A stretch of DNA of 64,000 nucleotides from Phoronis australis (taxonomy: Eukaryota > Animalia > Phoronida): positions 155,170-219,169 of the forward strand of contig NMRA01000636.1 of NCBI GenBank assembly GCA_002633005.1, written 5' to 3'. Each line of letters begins with the position of its first letter. Position 1 is the first letter of the stretch. The translations under genes were made by a program, and so were the position numbers. The notes under the pieces were generated by a model. That model did no database searches, was not told the DNA's origin, and worked only from the letters and a program-made list of their open reading frames with translations. Below are positions 52,801-64,000 of this stretch, piece after piece.

Positions 52801-54198
52801 TTACCATGCAACTCAAAACATGTTCAACACAGATTTCAAATTCAGGAAAGTTAATCCGACCTTTGCCGATTATTTGAACCAAGTTCTTGAAATCTTTTTG
52901 ACCAGTGCAGTCAGGCCTTTATCTGCAAAGCATGGAAATGCTGCAGTTCACCAATAAGGTTGTCGTCTACCACGTCGGCTGAGTGGATATTCCTTCTTCA
53001 GCATTTCAACTGGCTCACGTAACTGAGCTCCCTATCCGTCCAGGTCCAAAAACCGTCGAATGAACCGTTGCTGAATACGTCACTTTACACGGTACTCGAA
53101 TTCTGCCCTACATGGATTAATTCTGCCCCAGAACTGCATATCCGGGGTATTTTGATATATGAGACATTTAACTGTGGGGTTGCAAAAATTGTGGGGTATA
53201 TATAATGCTCCACAATTTCAGACCTATCAGAAACTGTTATTTAGCACGCACAGTGTCTCCACGTGTATTTTGCCAACAACTTGGTTTCGTAACTATGAAG
53301 GAGGTCACCCAAAAGAGGTCACTGTTATTACAAGAGTGCAATGCAACACAGACTGTCCATACATTGATACAGTGTTATGTAATAACCATGAAGGATATTA
53401 AGTTACTCGACATTCCGCTGTTGATTTTCAAGTGTTTTAGAGTTTGAGTTGAACATCCGTTTTAGAGTTAGAGTTGAGACAAGTTTTCATTGGTTTTGCC
53501 TAGCTGGAACTAGCATGTTTGTCAAGAAGATGGCACTTTCGAGAGACAAGTCTATGATAAGTCTTTCGAATTTCTTAATATTCTGATTATTTAAATAATT
53601 GCAAATTCTTGGCATCATGGGTGGCATGCAGGGCCCAGTAGAAATTACTAATAGTGCAGAAGGTGCGGCCAAATACTCGCACTTGTCCCTCGTAAATTAT
53701 TTCAAAATCCAATCATCCACTTTATTATGAGCTAAAGAATTTCTTTTACTATAAAAACTCCTGAGATTTGTAGATTTCTTTGCTTTATATACCTGAAAAG
53801 GACTGCTTTCCTCATGGGCTCAAAACAAAATTGCTTAATGAAGTTACTGTTGATTATGTCATAACTGGGAGTATAGCAAAAAGCTTATAATTATAGTCAG
53901 TAAGAGAGTCATTTTTGCTGGAGACATCTACCAAAAAACAACCACGACAGTTGCATACAAACTGATCAGAACAGAAGGTCTGATTGAAATACAACTGAAG
54001 TAAAAGTCTTGACAGATTTCACCTATTATCTCAGGTTGAGGTGTATTTACAAGCAAAGCATTGGTCGACGGCACGAGTCTCCTAGAATATTCAGGAAGTT
54101 TTCTCAAGGCGAGTGATTTTTTTAATATTGTTTTAAAAATACATTTATTAACCCAGAAATTCTAGTAATAACGATTGCTGGATAAGCCTGAGGTTGGG

Positions 54199-54251
54199 TA
54201 GGCAATGACCATCGCCTCTGTCGGGCCAACAGAGGCGATGGTCATTGCCTA
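54199..54251. mobile_element. 53-bp hairpin micro-element (TAG...CTA) with perfect 9-bp TSD
   Basis: 23-bp perfect arms TAGGCAATGACCATCGCCTCTGT, 7-nt loop, flanked by GAGGTTGGG on both sides (54190-98, 54252-60). Confidence 0.85.
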
Positions 54252-54447
54252 GAGGTTGGGTAGCTCCAGGGGGGGGGGGCGGGGGGATGGGGGAGAGAGG
54301 GGAAGACTTTCGTACACTCATTCACAGGCATATTCACTCGATTGAGTTAACTTAAATTTGCCTTTACATAAGCATATCTTTATGAAAAAACTCGGTGTTC
54401 TTACAGTAAAACAAAATAGTGGTTAAAAAGTAACATCATACGTTGTT

Positions 54448-54990
54448 TTAGTCGTGAGCTTCCTGCAAAACCATCCACTGTTCTAATGTTTTATCTGAGG
54501 CGTTAAGTGCAATAAGGTTCATTGAGTCAAAAAGTACAAATTTAAAATTATTGAAATATGGTTGAGACCCATCTCTCGATGACGTATAAATATTTCGCAT
54601 GAGTATAGTGATGATCAAGATTTCACTTAGTTTTCCACAGACGCAATCTAAAAAGTGATGTAGAGATGATTTAAAGTGCAAGTTAATTATTTTATTTGCG
54701 AAATTGTGCAAGGAATACCAGAAATGTTTAACGCAGAAGCAGGTGTAGACATATGCAAGTCTGGAGGTCGCCACATTAGGGACATTGGTCGCTTTGTGAA
54801 ATACCAAAAAATTTAACATCTTGTTAATATAAATTCTTTTGTGGATGAAAAAATATTTAAACATTGTCAAATGATGGTTTAATAGGAGAATGAAAGGCAG
54901 ACTATACGTTTCTTTAATTTCGTTATCTGTGTAGTAGTTGAGTAAAGATACAAAATTATCAGGTTTTACAGAAAACTTGTGAATAAACAC
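54448..54990 (-). mobile_element. Degenerate 3' end of an L1/Tx1-clade LINE ORF2 (zf-RVT region)
   Basis: IKETYSLPF..LTMFKYFFIHKRIYINKML..YTCFCVKHFWYSL..ILMRNIY..P.FNNFK resembles the zf-RVT and C-terminal pattern of Tx1/L1 elements. Confidence 0.65.
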
Positions 54991-55011
54991 GTTCTGAACC
55001 ATCAATTGCTA

Positions 55012-57499
55012 TTATTACTCTGCGCGTGTAAGCGCAGAGTACTGTTGTTCCTGGGTTTTCTTCAATTTTATTACTCTGCGCGTGTAAGCGCAGAGTACTG
55101 TTGTTCCTGGGTTTTCTTCAATTTTATTCTTATTCTTATTCTTATTCTTCTTATTCTTCTTCTTATTCTTCTTCCGACCAACTTTGAGCCTTAATAACTC
55201 CAAATTGGGTGCAGGTACGGTCTTTAAATTCAGCATATGAATTTTGACAGTATATAAATTTTGATTGGTTATATAATCATATTCCATATTGCACCGAAAG
55301 AGGTCGTTTGGTGCAAAGGTCATATAATTTTCAAAATGCTACTCCTCCTTCAGTTTTAAAGCTATCTTTTTCAAATTCGGTGCACAGGTATAAGTCAACA
55401 TGACAATTTAAAAAATTACTTTTCTAAGTAATCGGGTCATCCAATCAGGTGAAATAGGTCAAAGGTCATTAGGTGCAAACTAAAATTTTGAGCTAGACAC
55501 TTCAAATTGACAGGTCTGATTGCCACNNNNNNNNNNNNNNNNNNNNNNNNNNNNNNNNNNNNNNNNNNNNNNNNNNNNNNNNNNNNNNNNNNNNNNNNNN
55601 NNNNNNNNNNNNNNNNNNNNNNNNNNNTTTTCTTCTGAAAGTTTGACCAATTCATTCATGTTGTATTCTTAAGTGCTTAAAGCAAAACATCTGTGATTCT
55701 TAGCATTAACTATACTTTAAATTGGTTGTACAATTATTCCCTCACTGGGGTTCATAATGCACCGGAAGAGGTCAGTTAGTGGAAAGGTCATCAAAGCATT
55801 AACATGTAATTACTCCTACAATTTTAAAGAATTTCTTTTCATATTGGTAAACGGGGTTGCTGTCAGTAACTTCCCATAACAATTCCTTTAATACCCACGC
55901 GCAGAGTCCATTATTGTCACGCCGTGACAATAATCTTTCTAGTTCTTCTTATTCTTATTCTTATTACTCTGCGCGTGTAAGCGCAGAGTACTGTTGTTCC
56001 TGGGTTTTCTTCAATTTTCTTCTTATTCTTATTACTCTGCGCGTGTAAGCGCAGAGTACTGTTGTTCCAGGGTTTTCTTCAATTTTATTACTCTGCGCGT
56101 GTAAGCGCAGAGTACTGTTGTTCCTGGGTTTTCTTCAATTTTATTCTTATTCTTCTTATTACTCTGCGCGTGTAAGCGCAGAGTACTGTTGTTCCTGAGT
56201 TTTCTTCAATTTTATTCTTATTTTTCTTATTCTTCTTATTACTCTGCGCGTGTAAGCGCAAAGTACTGTTGTTCCTGGGTTTTCTTCAATTTTATTCTTA
56301 TTCTTATTCTTCTTATTCTTATTCTTCTTATTCTTCTTCTGACCAACTTTGAGGCTTAATAACTCCAAATTGGGTGCAGGTACGGTCTTTAAATTCAGCA
56401 TATGACTTTTGACAGTATATAAATTTTGATTGATTATATAATCATATTCCATATTGCACCGGAAGGGGTCATTTGGTGCAAAGGTCATATAATTTTCAAA
56501 ATGCTACTCCTCCTTCAGTTTTAAATCTTTTTCAAATTCGGTGCACAGGTATAAGTCAATATGACAATTTTAAAAATTACTTTTCTAAGAAATCGGGTTA
56601 TCCAATCAGGTGAAATAGGTCAAAGGTCATTAGGTGCAAACTAAAATTTTGAGCTAGACACTTCAAATTGACAGGTCTGATTGCCACAGGTAAATCAAAT
56701 CAGAATCTAAAGTTTCAGGTCATTTAGTGCAAACATGGGGTTATTAGGTGCATTTTTCTTCTGAAATTTTGAACTTTTCAATCAGCAAGTATTCTGATGT
56801 GTCAACCGTTAGACAACTGTGATTCTCAGCATTAAACACATTTTTATGGGCTTTGCAATAATTCTCCTAAAGACGCTTATAATGCACCGGATAGGGTCAA
56901 TTAGTGCAAAGGTCATGTAACGTTCAAAATGTTAGATCTCTTGAGTTTTTCAATTAATTCTTTTCAATTTCAGCACACTGGTGTAAGTCAACATGCCAAT
57001 TGAATACCCTAGTGTACTTCGCAATAGGCCTAACCAATCAGAATAAATAGGTCAAAGGTCATTGAGTGCAAACTAAAATTTTGAGCTAGACTTCAAAATT
57101 ACATATCTGTTTACTAAGTGTGATTGAGTTTGAATTCTAAATTTTCAGGTCATTTGGTGCAACCATGGGGTCATTAGGGGCATTTTTCTTCTGAAAAATT
57201 GACCAATTCATTCATCTTGTATTCTGAAGTGCTTAAAGTAAAACATATGTGATTTTTAGCATTAACCACAGTTTTAATCGAGTGAACAATTATTCCCTCA
57301 TCGGGGTCCATAATGCACCGGAAGAGGTCAATTAGTGTAAAGGTCATCAAAATATTAATATGTAATTCCTCTTACAATTTTAAAGAATTCTTTTTCATAT
57401 TGGTAAACGGGTTGCTGTCAGTAACTTCCCACAATAATTCCAGTAAAACGCACGCGCAGAGTCCATTATTGTCACGCCGTGACAATAATCTTTCTAGTT
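55012..57499 (+). mobile_element. Head-to-tail tandem of two HINE family C copies (55012-55944, gapped; 55961-57499)
   Basis: 5' hairpin ACTCTGCGC-GTGTAA-GCGCAGAGT, TTC/TTA microsatellite, internal GGTCAAAGGTCA-type repeats, 3' sub-TIR GCGCAGAGT, palindrome ATTATTGTCAC-GCC-GTGACAATAAT, CTAGTT end. Confidence 0.85.
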
Positions 57500-59254
57500 G
57501 ATTTATGTTATTATAATTAAGGTCGTTGTCACATATCCTTCATGCTGTAACTTTTTAGTACTTTCGCATTAAGAATTTTGCATGTGAAGTATTAGATTCA
57601 TTTGCATCTACGAATGAAAAATTGCCCACATAGTACTATCACATCTTCAAATATGATACAACAAAAATGTGGTCAGTTTATTAAAAATTTAGCAGGTTTT
57701 AAGGAAATCATTACGAATCGCTTAGTCCGCTTTGTTCTGTATAAACCAAAAGAGTAAAACCTGGTGTAATTTCTTGCTGCTACATCAAAGTTTACGGGAT
57801 CTGTTTCATTATAACTTATTAAATCCTTAAACAGTTTTGTTTGGTCTCTATAAATATTTTATCGTATTCTAACTGTAATTAAGAACATTGGCTTGAATTT
57901 CTTGGTATGAAACATTTGATGTTTGCTTAATAGACCCAAAAATGGAATGTTGATGCAATGGGTGTATGGCTCGATTGGTCAATGGTCCAAAGGCTTAAGG
58001 GAAATTTGATCTAGCGTTACCTCCTTGGTAGTTACCAAGAATAATTCGCAACATTAAACCAACTGTTCGTAAGTTTTTCAGTTTGCTGTTCGTTGAATGG
58101 CCACCATTTCAAGAAAGAGAGCTTCGTCTGCTCAATAGGGCTTTGCGAAAAATTTGTGATTTAAAAGGAACTGCATTTTATTCTGAATAAATTCTGGATA
58201 GTTTTCCATGAGTTGTTGATTAATTTCACAAATAACTCAACAACATAAATTAAGCTTATATTCTCTAACGAAGCTTAAAAAATTACCGGCTTGGAGCGCT
58301 GCTTAGTCTCGTGACGTATTTGGCGGGGGCAGTCACTGTCCTGTGTTAGCGTGCAATCAAGTAGCGTTTTTCATACTGTCGGAATAAGAAATTTTAGTGT
58401 GAAATGTTGGGTCACCAGGAATACCTGTTTGATCGAGGCAACCCAGTCATCGTCAGACGAAAATTTGCCGGTTTAACCAGTCCGTATCAACTATTTACAC
58501 TGGTGTGACTGTGCCGTGGGCAATGTGGACTCCAGCCAGCCAGTCAGCCAGCTGTCAGCCAATACTCTGCTGTTAACTTGAAGGGTTGGTAAGTTACCGA
58601 CTATAGCTGTATGAAGACTATCGTACCACTGTGTGTTGAGCTTCTTTAACCCCGAAATTTCAGACAGCCGTTGACTACCCGGGTATAGTTGACTTATGCT
58701 CGCCACCTCCTCGTAAAACTTAGGCTACATCAACATATAAAGCTAACGGACCGGCGGGGGCGCATGCAAAATCTGGTAGTCACCCGACACACCCACTGCT
58801 TGCAGCCGTTTAGGTGGAAAACAATCAAATAAACGTCATTTGGTAGCATAATTTTCCGCCTTTTTAACAAAGAAGTGCACGGTGTCGTCCGTTCAAAAAC
58901 AGCATGCTCGTAACACGGCGCACGCGCCATTTCCTAAAAATTTGAGACGTCTTTTGGGACATAATGACAGCTTCGCAGCACCAAGATTGTTCTAAAATTC
59001 GGTTTGTTGGTATAAAAATACTAAAAACTTGTAACAAAATGAAACAATTTCCTATAATTTGTTATAACATGTACGCAACCTAGGTACCGTCAGCGACGAA
59101 CACTTGATAAAAGAATCGGGGGAAAGAAACTGGTAAAGGTCAGGTGACGTAATCGCAAAAAGCCGACTCAAGAGAACACATTACAATTTTAGCAGCAGCC
59201 GATGAACGATCGCTAACTTTTCCAACACCGGTAAATACGGAAGTTAGTTTACTC

Positions 59255-59271
59255 TAGGAACCTGGTTCCTA
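59255..59271. repeat. 17-bp palindrome (TAG...CTA) flanked by 9-bp direct repeats
   Basis: AGTTTACTC|TAGGAACC-T-GGTTCCTA|TGTTTACTC, 8/9 identical. Confidence 0.7.
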
Positions 59272-59699
59272 TGTTTACTCAAGGATGAGATTAGTTTTAA
59301 TGACATCAAAGTCATACTTTATTTGTCCATTTTTTACCCATATCGGCTTTTGAAAACCTGTTGGCCTACATTTAGTATATAGCTTTGGGCCAAGGCTTGG
59401 GTAACCCGACGATAGTATGCGATGACCATCATTTTGTTCACGGTCGCCGAAACATCAACCAGCTGGCCAATGGAGCAAGACTCCAAACACTCTACAACAA
59501 CAACGCTGGAAGTAGGGACCGGCTAAGGGTGGCGAAATCATTTGGTGTAAGTACACAAACGTCGTTTTGCTACTAAAATTGGTGTGAACATTTAAGCCCA
59601 GTATTGCTTAGGGAACCGAGGTATTAACTTGGACTGACATCCTTTGTGCATGACGTTCCACTCTGAATACTGCATGTTTGAAAATGAATTAAATAAGGC

Positions 59700-60100
59700 T
59701 ACAAAGTTTGATAGCCGGACAATTTACCAAGGTCGGTCACTGGAGTTTGGGGTCTGTTCGGTGATAAAGTCGAATTCTCCGTCCATGAAATACAGACAGG
59801 AGAACATAGCTGTGTGCTGTAATTCAAGTTTAGATTTGGGATTTTTTTCAGTTCTAAACAAAAAACGCTTGTTATCCCGGCCAGTGTCTCGGAACCCGAT
59901 CAGCCAGGCCTGTCGCGGCTCGACTGCAGACATCACGAACATAAAACCGGCAAAGTTGGAAACTAAACTTCCAGTCACGAACAAACTATACTAGTGAGCC
60001 AAAGAAATAACGTGCACATGATTATTTTGGTGAGTTACCCACGAAACAGCAAGTACCGGCCGACGGCGAAGTCAGCTTACCCCTTCTACAGAGCCGTCTA
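59700..60100 (-). mobile_element. Fragment related to the interior of the 31767-33666 Kolobok family
   Basis: Reverse complement matches about 32970-33330 (ACACAGCTATGTTCTCCTGTCTGTATTTCATGGA; TTCGTGACTGGAAGTTTA; CTGACTTCGC). Confidence 0.65.
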
Positions 60101-60659
60101 TAGGCAACCAATGATTCGAACAATGTATATGGATATCTAAATAAAGATTTCCCTAAAATCTGACCATAGAATATAAAATCGAGTTCTTGTTTTACAACAG
60201 TTTTCAGTCAACAAACACTGCATTAACATGCGCTCACACGGCCTCGGTGCCCGGTCAATTCTAAAGCCGGTATAGCACTGATTCATTCATGGCTGGCTTC
60301 TCATTTGCTCTCACGAACACTCCAAAGGCATTAGAGATTGTATCTAATGAGACTGACTTTGTCTCAGTTTTATATAGCATTGGTTAGGTACGTGAGAATA
60401 ATTCATTTTGATCCAGAACACACAATAATAAACGTCAAAGTGACAAATCGCAATCCCGGCTTAGAGGAGCGCTCATCACAGGTCGACGTTAGGTTTCACA
60501 GGCTATCAGTTCGAATAGGAATACAATGAACAAGAAGTACTAGAGAGGTGCCGTGAACGTGCACACGGAACCCATGAATAGTTTCGAAAACCGTTTGAAT
60601 GACTTGTCATGGTGTTAGTGCGCTAACTGCACGATAATAGTGTCACGTTTTTCCCCGCC

Positions 60660-61320
60660 TACAGCGTGGATTGTAAGGGGTCGTGCACAGCTGCTTTGCA
60701 CTCACAAGCCTGCTGACCTCCTTCATCAGTTCTGCTGTGAACTGCGTTCCACGATCACTCAGGATCTCTCGCGGGAACCCTACTCTACTGAAGATTTCTA
60801 ATAATGCTTCAGCCACACGCTCTGTCTCAATCTTTGGTAGCGCCACTGCTTCGGGATACCTGGTAGCGAAATCTACCACCGTGAGAATGTATCTGTTTCC
60901 TTTGTCGGAAACTGGAGCTATAGGGCCAATCAGATTGATCGCGATCCTTTTGAAAGGCTCCTCCATCAAAGGCATCTCTCCCAGGGGTACCTTGGTCACT
61001 CGATCTTTCGGGATTGTCTTATGACAGATGTCGCATGAACTGCAGAATCGGGTCACTTCTGATGCCACTCCTGGCCCTGAATAGAAATTGCTGGTGATAC
61101 GGTCAGTTGTCTTCCTAACACCGAGGTGTCCACCGAGTATAGACTCATGAGCGAGCCTCATCACGGACTTCCGTAAACTACTCGGCACGACAACTTGTTT
61201 CACCTCGTCACCATCTTTCTTTTTGAACATGCGATAGAATATTCCTCGTTGAATCTCCATCACGTATGACCCCTTGCCTTTGGTCTGTCGCTTAACCTTG
61301 GCTTCAGCTTGCTCCCACAG
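60660..61320 (-). pseudogene. Gypsy (Gmr1-like) integrase, truncated
   Basis: HHCC zinc finger (HESILGGHLG..CSSCDIC); core PFKRIAINLIGP (first catalytic D appears as N), VVDFATRYPEA, ILSDRGTQF, TTPYNP; breaks off before the catalytic E. Confidence 0.9.
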
Positions 61321-61430
61321 NNNNNNNNNNNNNNNNNNNNNNNNNNNNNNNNNNNNNNNNNNNNNNNNNNNNNNNNNNNNNNNNNNNNNNNNNNNNNNNN
61401 NNNNNNNNNNNNNNNNNNNNNNNNNNNNNN

Positions 61431-62509
61431 TGAGAGTCATCTTTCGGACCCTCCACAAGGCTATTGCCTGTATTGTCCTCGTTGGCAGTTGTTGCTCTCT
61501 GCTGTCACTCAACATCGCCTGGGTCCAAGGCGCCAGGCACGTCCCCGATAATCAAATCGGCCACTGGACGCTCCATACACATCGCAAACACTTCTCCTGT
61601 GTAGTACGGTGTCTTGATGTTGATCTTTGCGACAGGCAGCCATCTCTTGGTAGAGTCCGCCAACTCGCATGACCACTTCCGGCAGGTCATATCTCCTGGT
61701 TCGACTAAACTAGATCGAACCACAATGGTTGTGCAGCCTGTGTCTCTCAACACTGAGACCTTCTTGGTGCCAACATATCCCTCCTTCAGACGCAGCATTC
61801 CTTTGAAGGTGCGTTCAGGATTGGCACGATTCACCGAATCCTCTTTGCTCTGGGAACCTCGGTGGTTGACCGCTGCTGACTTTTGGTGTTGCATCCCTTG
61901 TATTCGCTTCCGACAGTCACTAGCCAGGTGTCCAGTTTTGTGACAGAAGAAACATCTTTCCCCTACGAGGTCAGTTTTCTTCTGGTCGACTCTCTGGTTG
62001 TCTGTCTTGACTGGTCGTTCTTGGGATTTCTTTGACTGAGTGCTCGTTATATCCACTCCATGGGCCTCAATATACCTCTCTGCTAAGCCTTCCATCTCTG
62101 GAACAGTCTTGGGTGTCCGCTCTCGCAGGAACAAAGCCAAGTCTTTAGTACAGGTGTTAACGTACTGCTCACGCACTAACAGGTCTCTCAACTCAGCAAA
62201 GTCCTTGCCACAGTTGGACATGTCGATCCACCTGTCCAGGTAGCGCTGTATGCGGGCAACAAACTGATAAGCCGTCTCACCCCTTTCAGCCCTCGCTTCC
62301 CGGAATTGTCTGCGAAAGCCCTCCTCGGTCAGCTCATAGCGCTTTAACAAGGCTCTTTTGAGTGTAGCATAGTCTAGTGCATCAGCCATAGGAAGGCTAG
62401 TATAAACCTGCAGGCCCTTACCTGTTAACAGGAGACTGAGACTTATTGCCCATTCACTCTGTGTCCAACCCTGACTCTCTGCGTATCTTCCAAACCTTTC
62501 CAGGAAGTT
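61431..62509 (-). mobile_element. Gmr1-like Gypsy Gag (SCAN-like capsid), CCHC knuckle and aspartic protease
   Basis: FLERFGRYA..W..SEWAISL..LLTGKG..Y..LKRALLKRYELTEEGFRRQFR..LRDLLVREQY; CFFCHKTGHLASDC; VLRDTGC; integrase follows the protease without RT between them (across a 110-N gap). Confidence 0.85.
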
Positions 62510-64000
62510 GTTCATACCTGGCCAAAATATAATATCACGAGCTCTTTGTTTTGTCCCCGTCATTCCCGTATGTGATTGGTGTACCACACGTAACATGTGC
62601 CGACGGAGCGTAGTGGGAATACATACCCTATCTGCTCTGAAAACAATACCATTGTAAGTAGCTAATTGATCTCTGCAATCCCAATAAGGTAATGCGATGT
62701 GAGGTACTTGTGACCTATGTTCTGGCCAACCATTCAAAATTAACTGCTCTACACACTGCAGTTCATCATCATCGCATGTTGCCATAGCAATTTTATCATG
62801 CATACAATTTGCTAGAGTATCAACTTTACAAACCATGAGCTCATCATCCATGATAGCATAATTGTCATCACCATTGTGAGGTAATCTACTCAAACAATCA
62901 GCTAAACCAATAGTAGTACCTTTTTTGTACACCAGATTGAATGAGTATGGTTGAAGTTTCAGCATCATTCTTTGAATTCTCATCGGAGACATGCCTATTG
63001 GCTTCTTAAATAAACTCTCTAAAGGTTTATGGTCTGATTCAATTGTGACTTCAGGCATACCGTAAATCAACTTGTGAAATCGAATGCACCCAAAACATAC
63101 AGCTAACATCTCTTTCTCTATTTGAGCATATCGCTGTTCTGTGGGTGTTAGCGCCCTAGAGGCATAAGCAACAATGCCATCATCCTGAATCACTGCTGCA
63201 CCTAATCCCTTGGTGCTAGCGTCAACACTTAGTGTAATTGGTTTGTTGACATCTAAGTATTTTAATACGGGGGTGTTACACAAAGCTTCCTTGATACTTG
63301 AAAAAGCTTTCGATTCTGCTTCGCCCCACTTCCAAGTGCCTGCATTTTTCATTTCTCGCAATGGAGCACTCAATTGACTCAAGTTTGGGATAAATTTGGA
63401 CACATATGCAATCATTCCCAACGCTGACTGCAGTTCTTGTTCATTGATTGGTTCTGGCATATTAACAATAGCCTGAATTCTCTCTTGGGATGGTTTTACA
63501 CCATCTGCGGTCAAAACATGACCCACGTAACTAACTTGGGGTTGACTAATCTTAGTCTTATTTAGATTCAATTTTAACCCTTGTTTTCTGGCTATCTCAA
63601 GTACAGCTGTGAGCCGTTCATCATGCTCTTGAGATGTTTTGCCATGAATTAGAATATCATCCATCACAATTTCTACTCCCGAAATGTGACCAAACATACT
63701 TTGCATAGCCCTTTGATAAATTTCTGGGGAACTCTTCAAGCCCATTGGCAACCTAAGATGCCTGTATCGCCCAAATGGGGTATTAAATGCTGTATAGTAA
63801 GAACTTTGCTCACTCAGCCTGATTTGGTAATAACCCATGTTTGCATCAAGTACACTGAAAATTTTACTCCCATGTAACCTGGTTACAATATCATCAATTG
63901 AACTCATCGGGTGGTGTTCACGCAAAATAGCCTTATTTAAGCTCGAGGGATCAATGCACAACCTGACTCTGTTATTGCGTTTCCGAACACATACTAACGG
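62510..64000 (-). mobile_element. Conventional Gypsy pol (Mag/K02A2.6-like): RT, RNase H, start of integrase zinc finger; runs off the window
   Basis: RLCIDP, FSVLDANMGYYQI, FNTPFGRY..RLPMGL, IVMDDILI, VDAS..GLGA, YAQIEKEMLA, ESDHKPL, ADCLSR, HQSHTG..RARDIIFWPGM. Frame is open to position 64000. Confidence 0.92.

Noticed and set aside
55015-56488. Lys/Asn-rich duplicated ORFs of about 100 aa
   Set aside because: Antisense translations of the HINE TTC/TTA microsatellite region.
58300-58340. TGACGT and TTTGGCGG (CRE/E2F-like) motifs as a promoter
   Set aside because: Short motifs with no linked exon; not distinguishable from chance or transposon sequence.
59724-59984. 86-aa ORF as a possible gene
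   Set aside because: Matches the interior of the 31767-33666 element, where the frame is not preserved; no recognisable domain.

Overview
Eukaryotic, AT-rich, very repeat-dense DNA from a draft assembly (N gaps at about 55527-55627 and 61321-61430, single Ns at 19861 and 21482). The repeat repertoire suggests a marine invertebrate, probably a deuterostome; this is inference only. The only host gene I can recognise is a PRL/PTP4A phosphatase on the minus strand: first coding exon 10873-10705 and a probable upstream exon 11220-11011. I could not find its other exons in the window. The rest is mostly nested transposable elements: four related TTAA-flanked Kolobok derivatives (THAP transposase 5' part, two also with a convergent KolX/P2X7-ballast-like fragment), a second Kolobok/THAP family, an ISL2EU/Harbinger-like THAP remnant, a HIRAN remnant, Helentron-type non-autonomous elements (HINEs, one family with CTCF-like motifs in its tandem units), hAT-like and Harbinger-like MITEs, and Hero and Tx1/L1 LINE fragments. 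Other notable features are an intronless, degraded but complete USP deubiquitinase domain abutting a HINE end, three tiny palindromes flanked by direct repeats, and an in-frame chimera of two different Gypsy elements at the right edge. All family calls come from motif recognition by eye; no searches were run.
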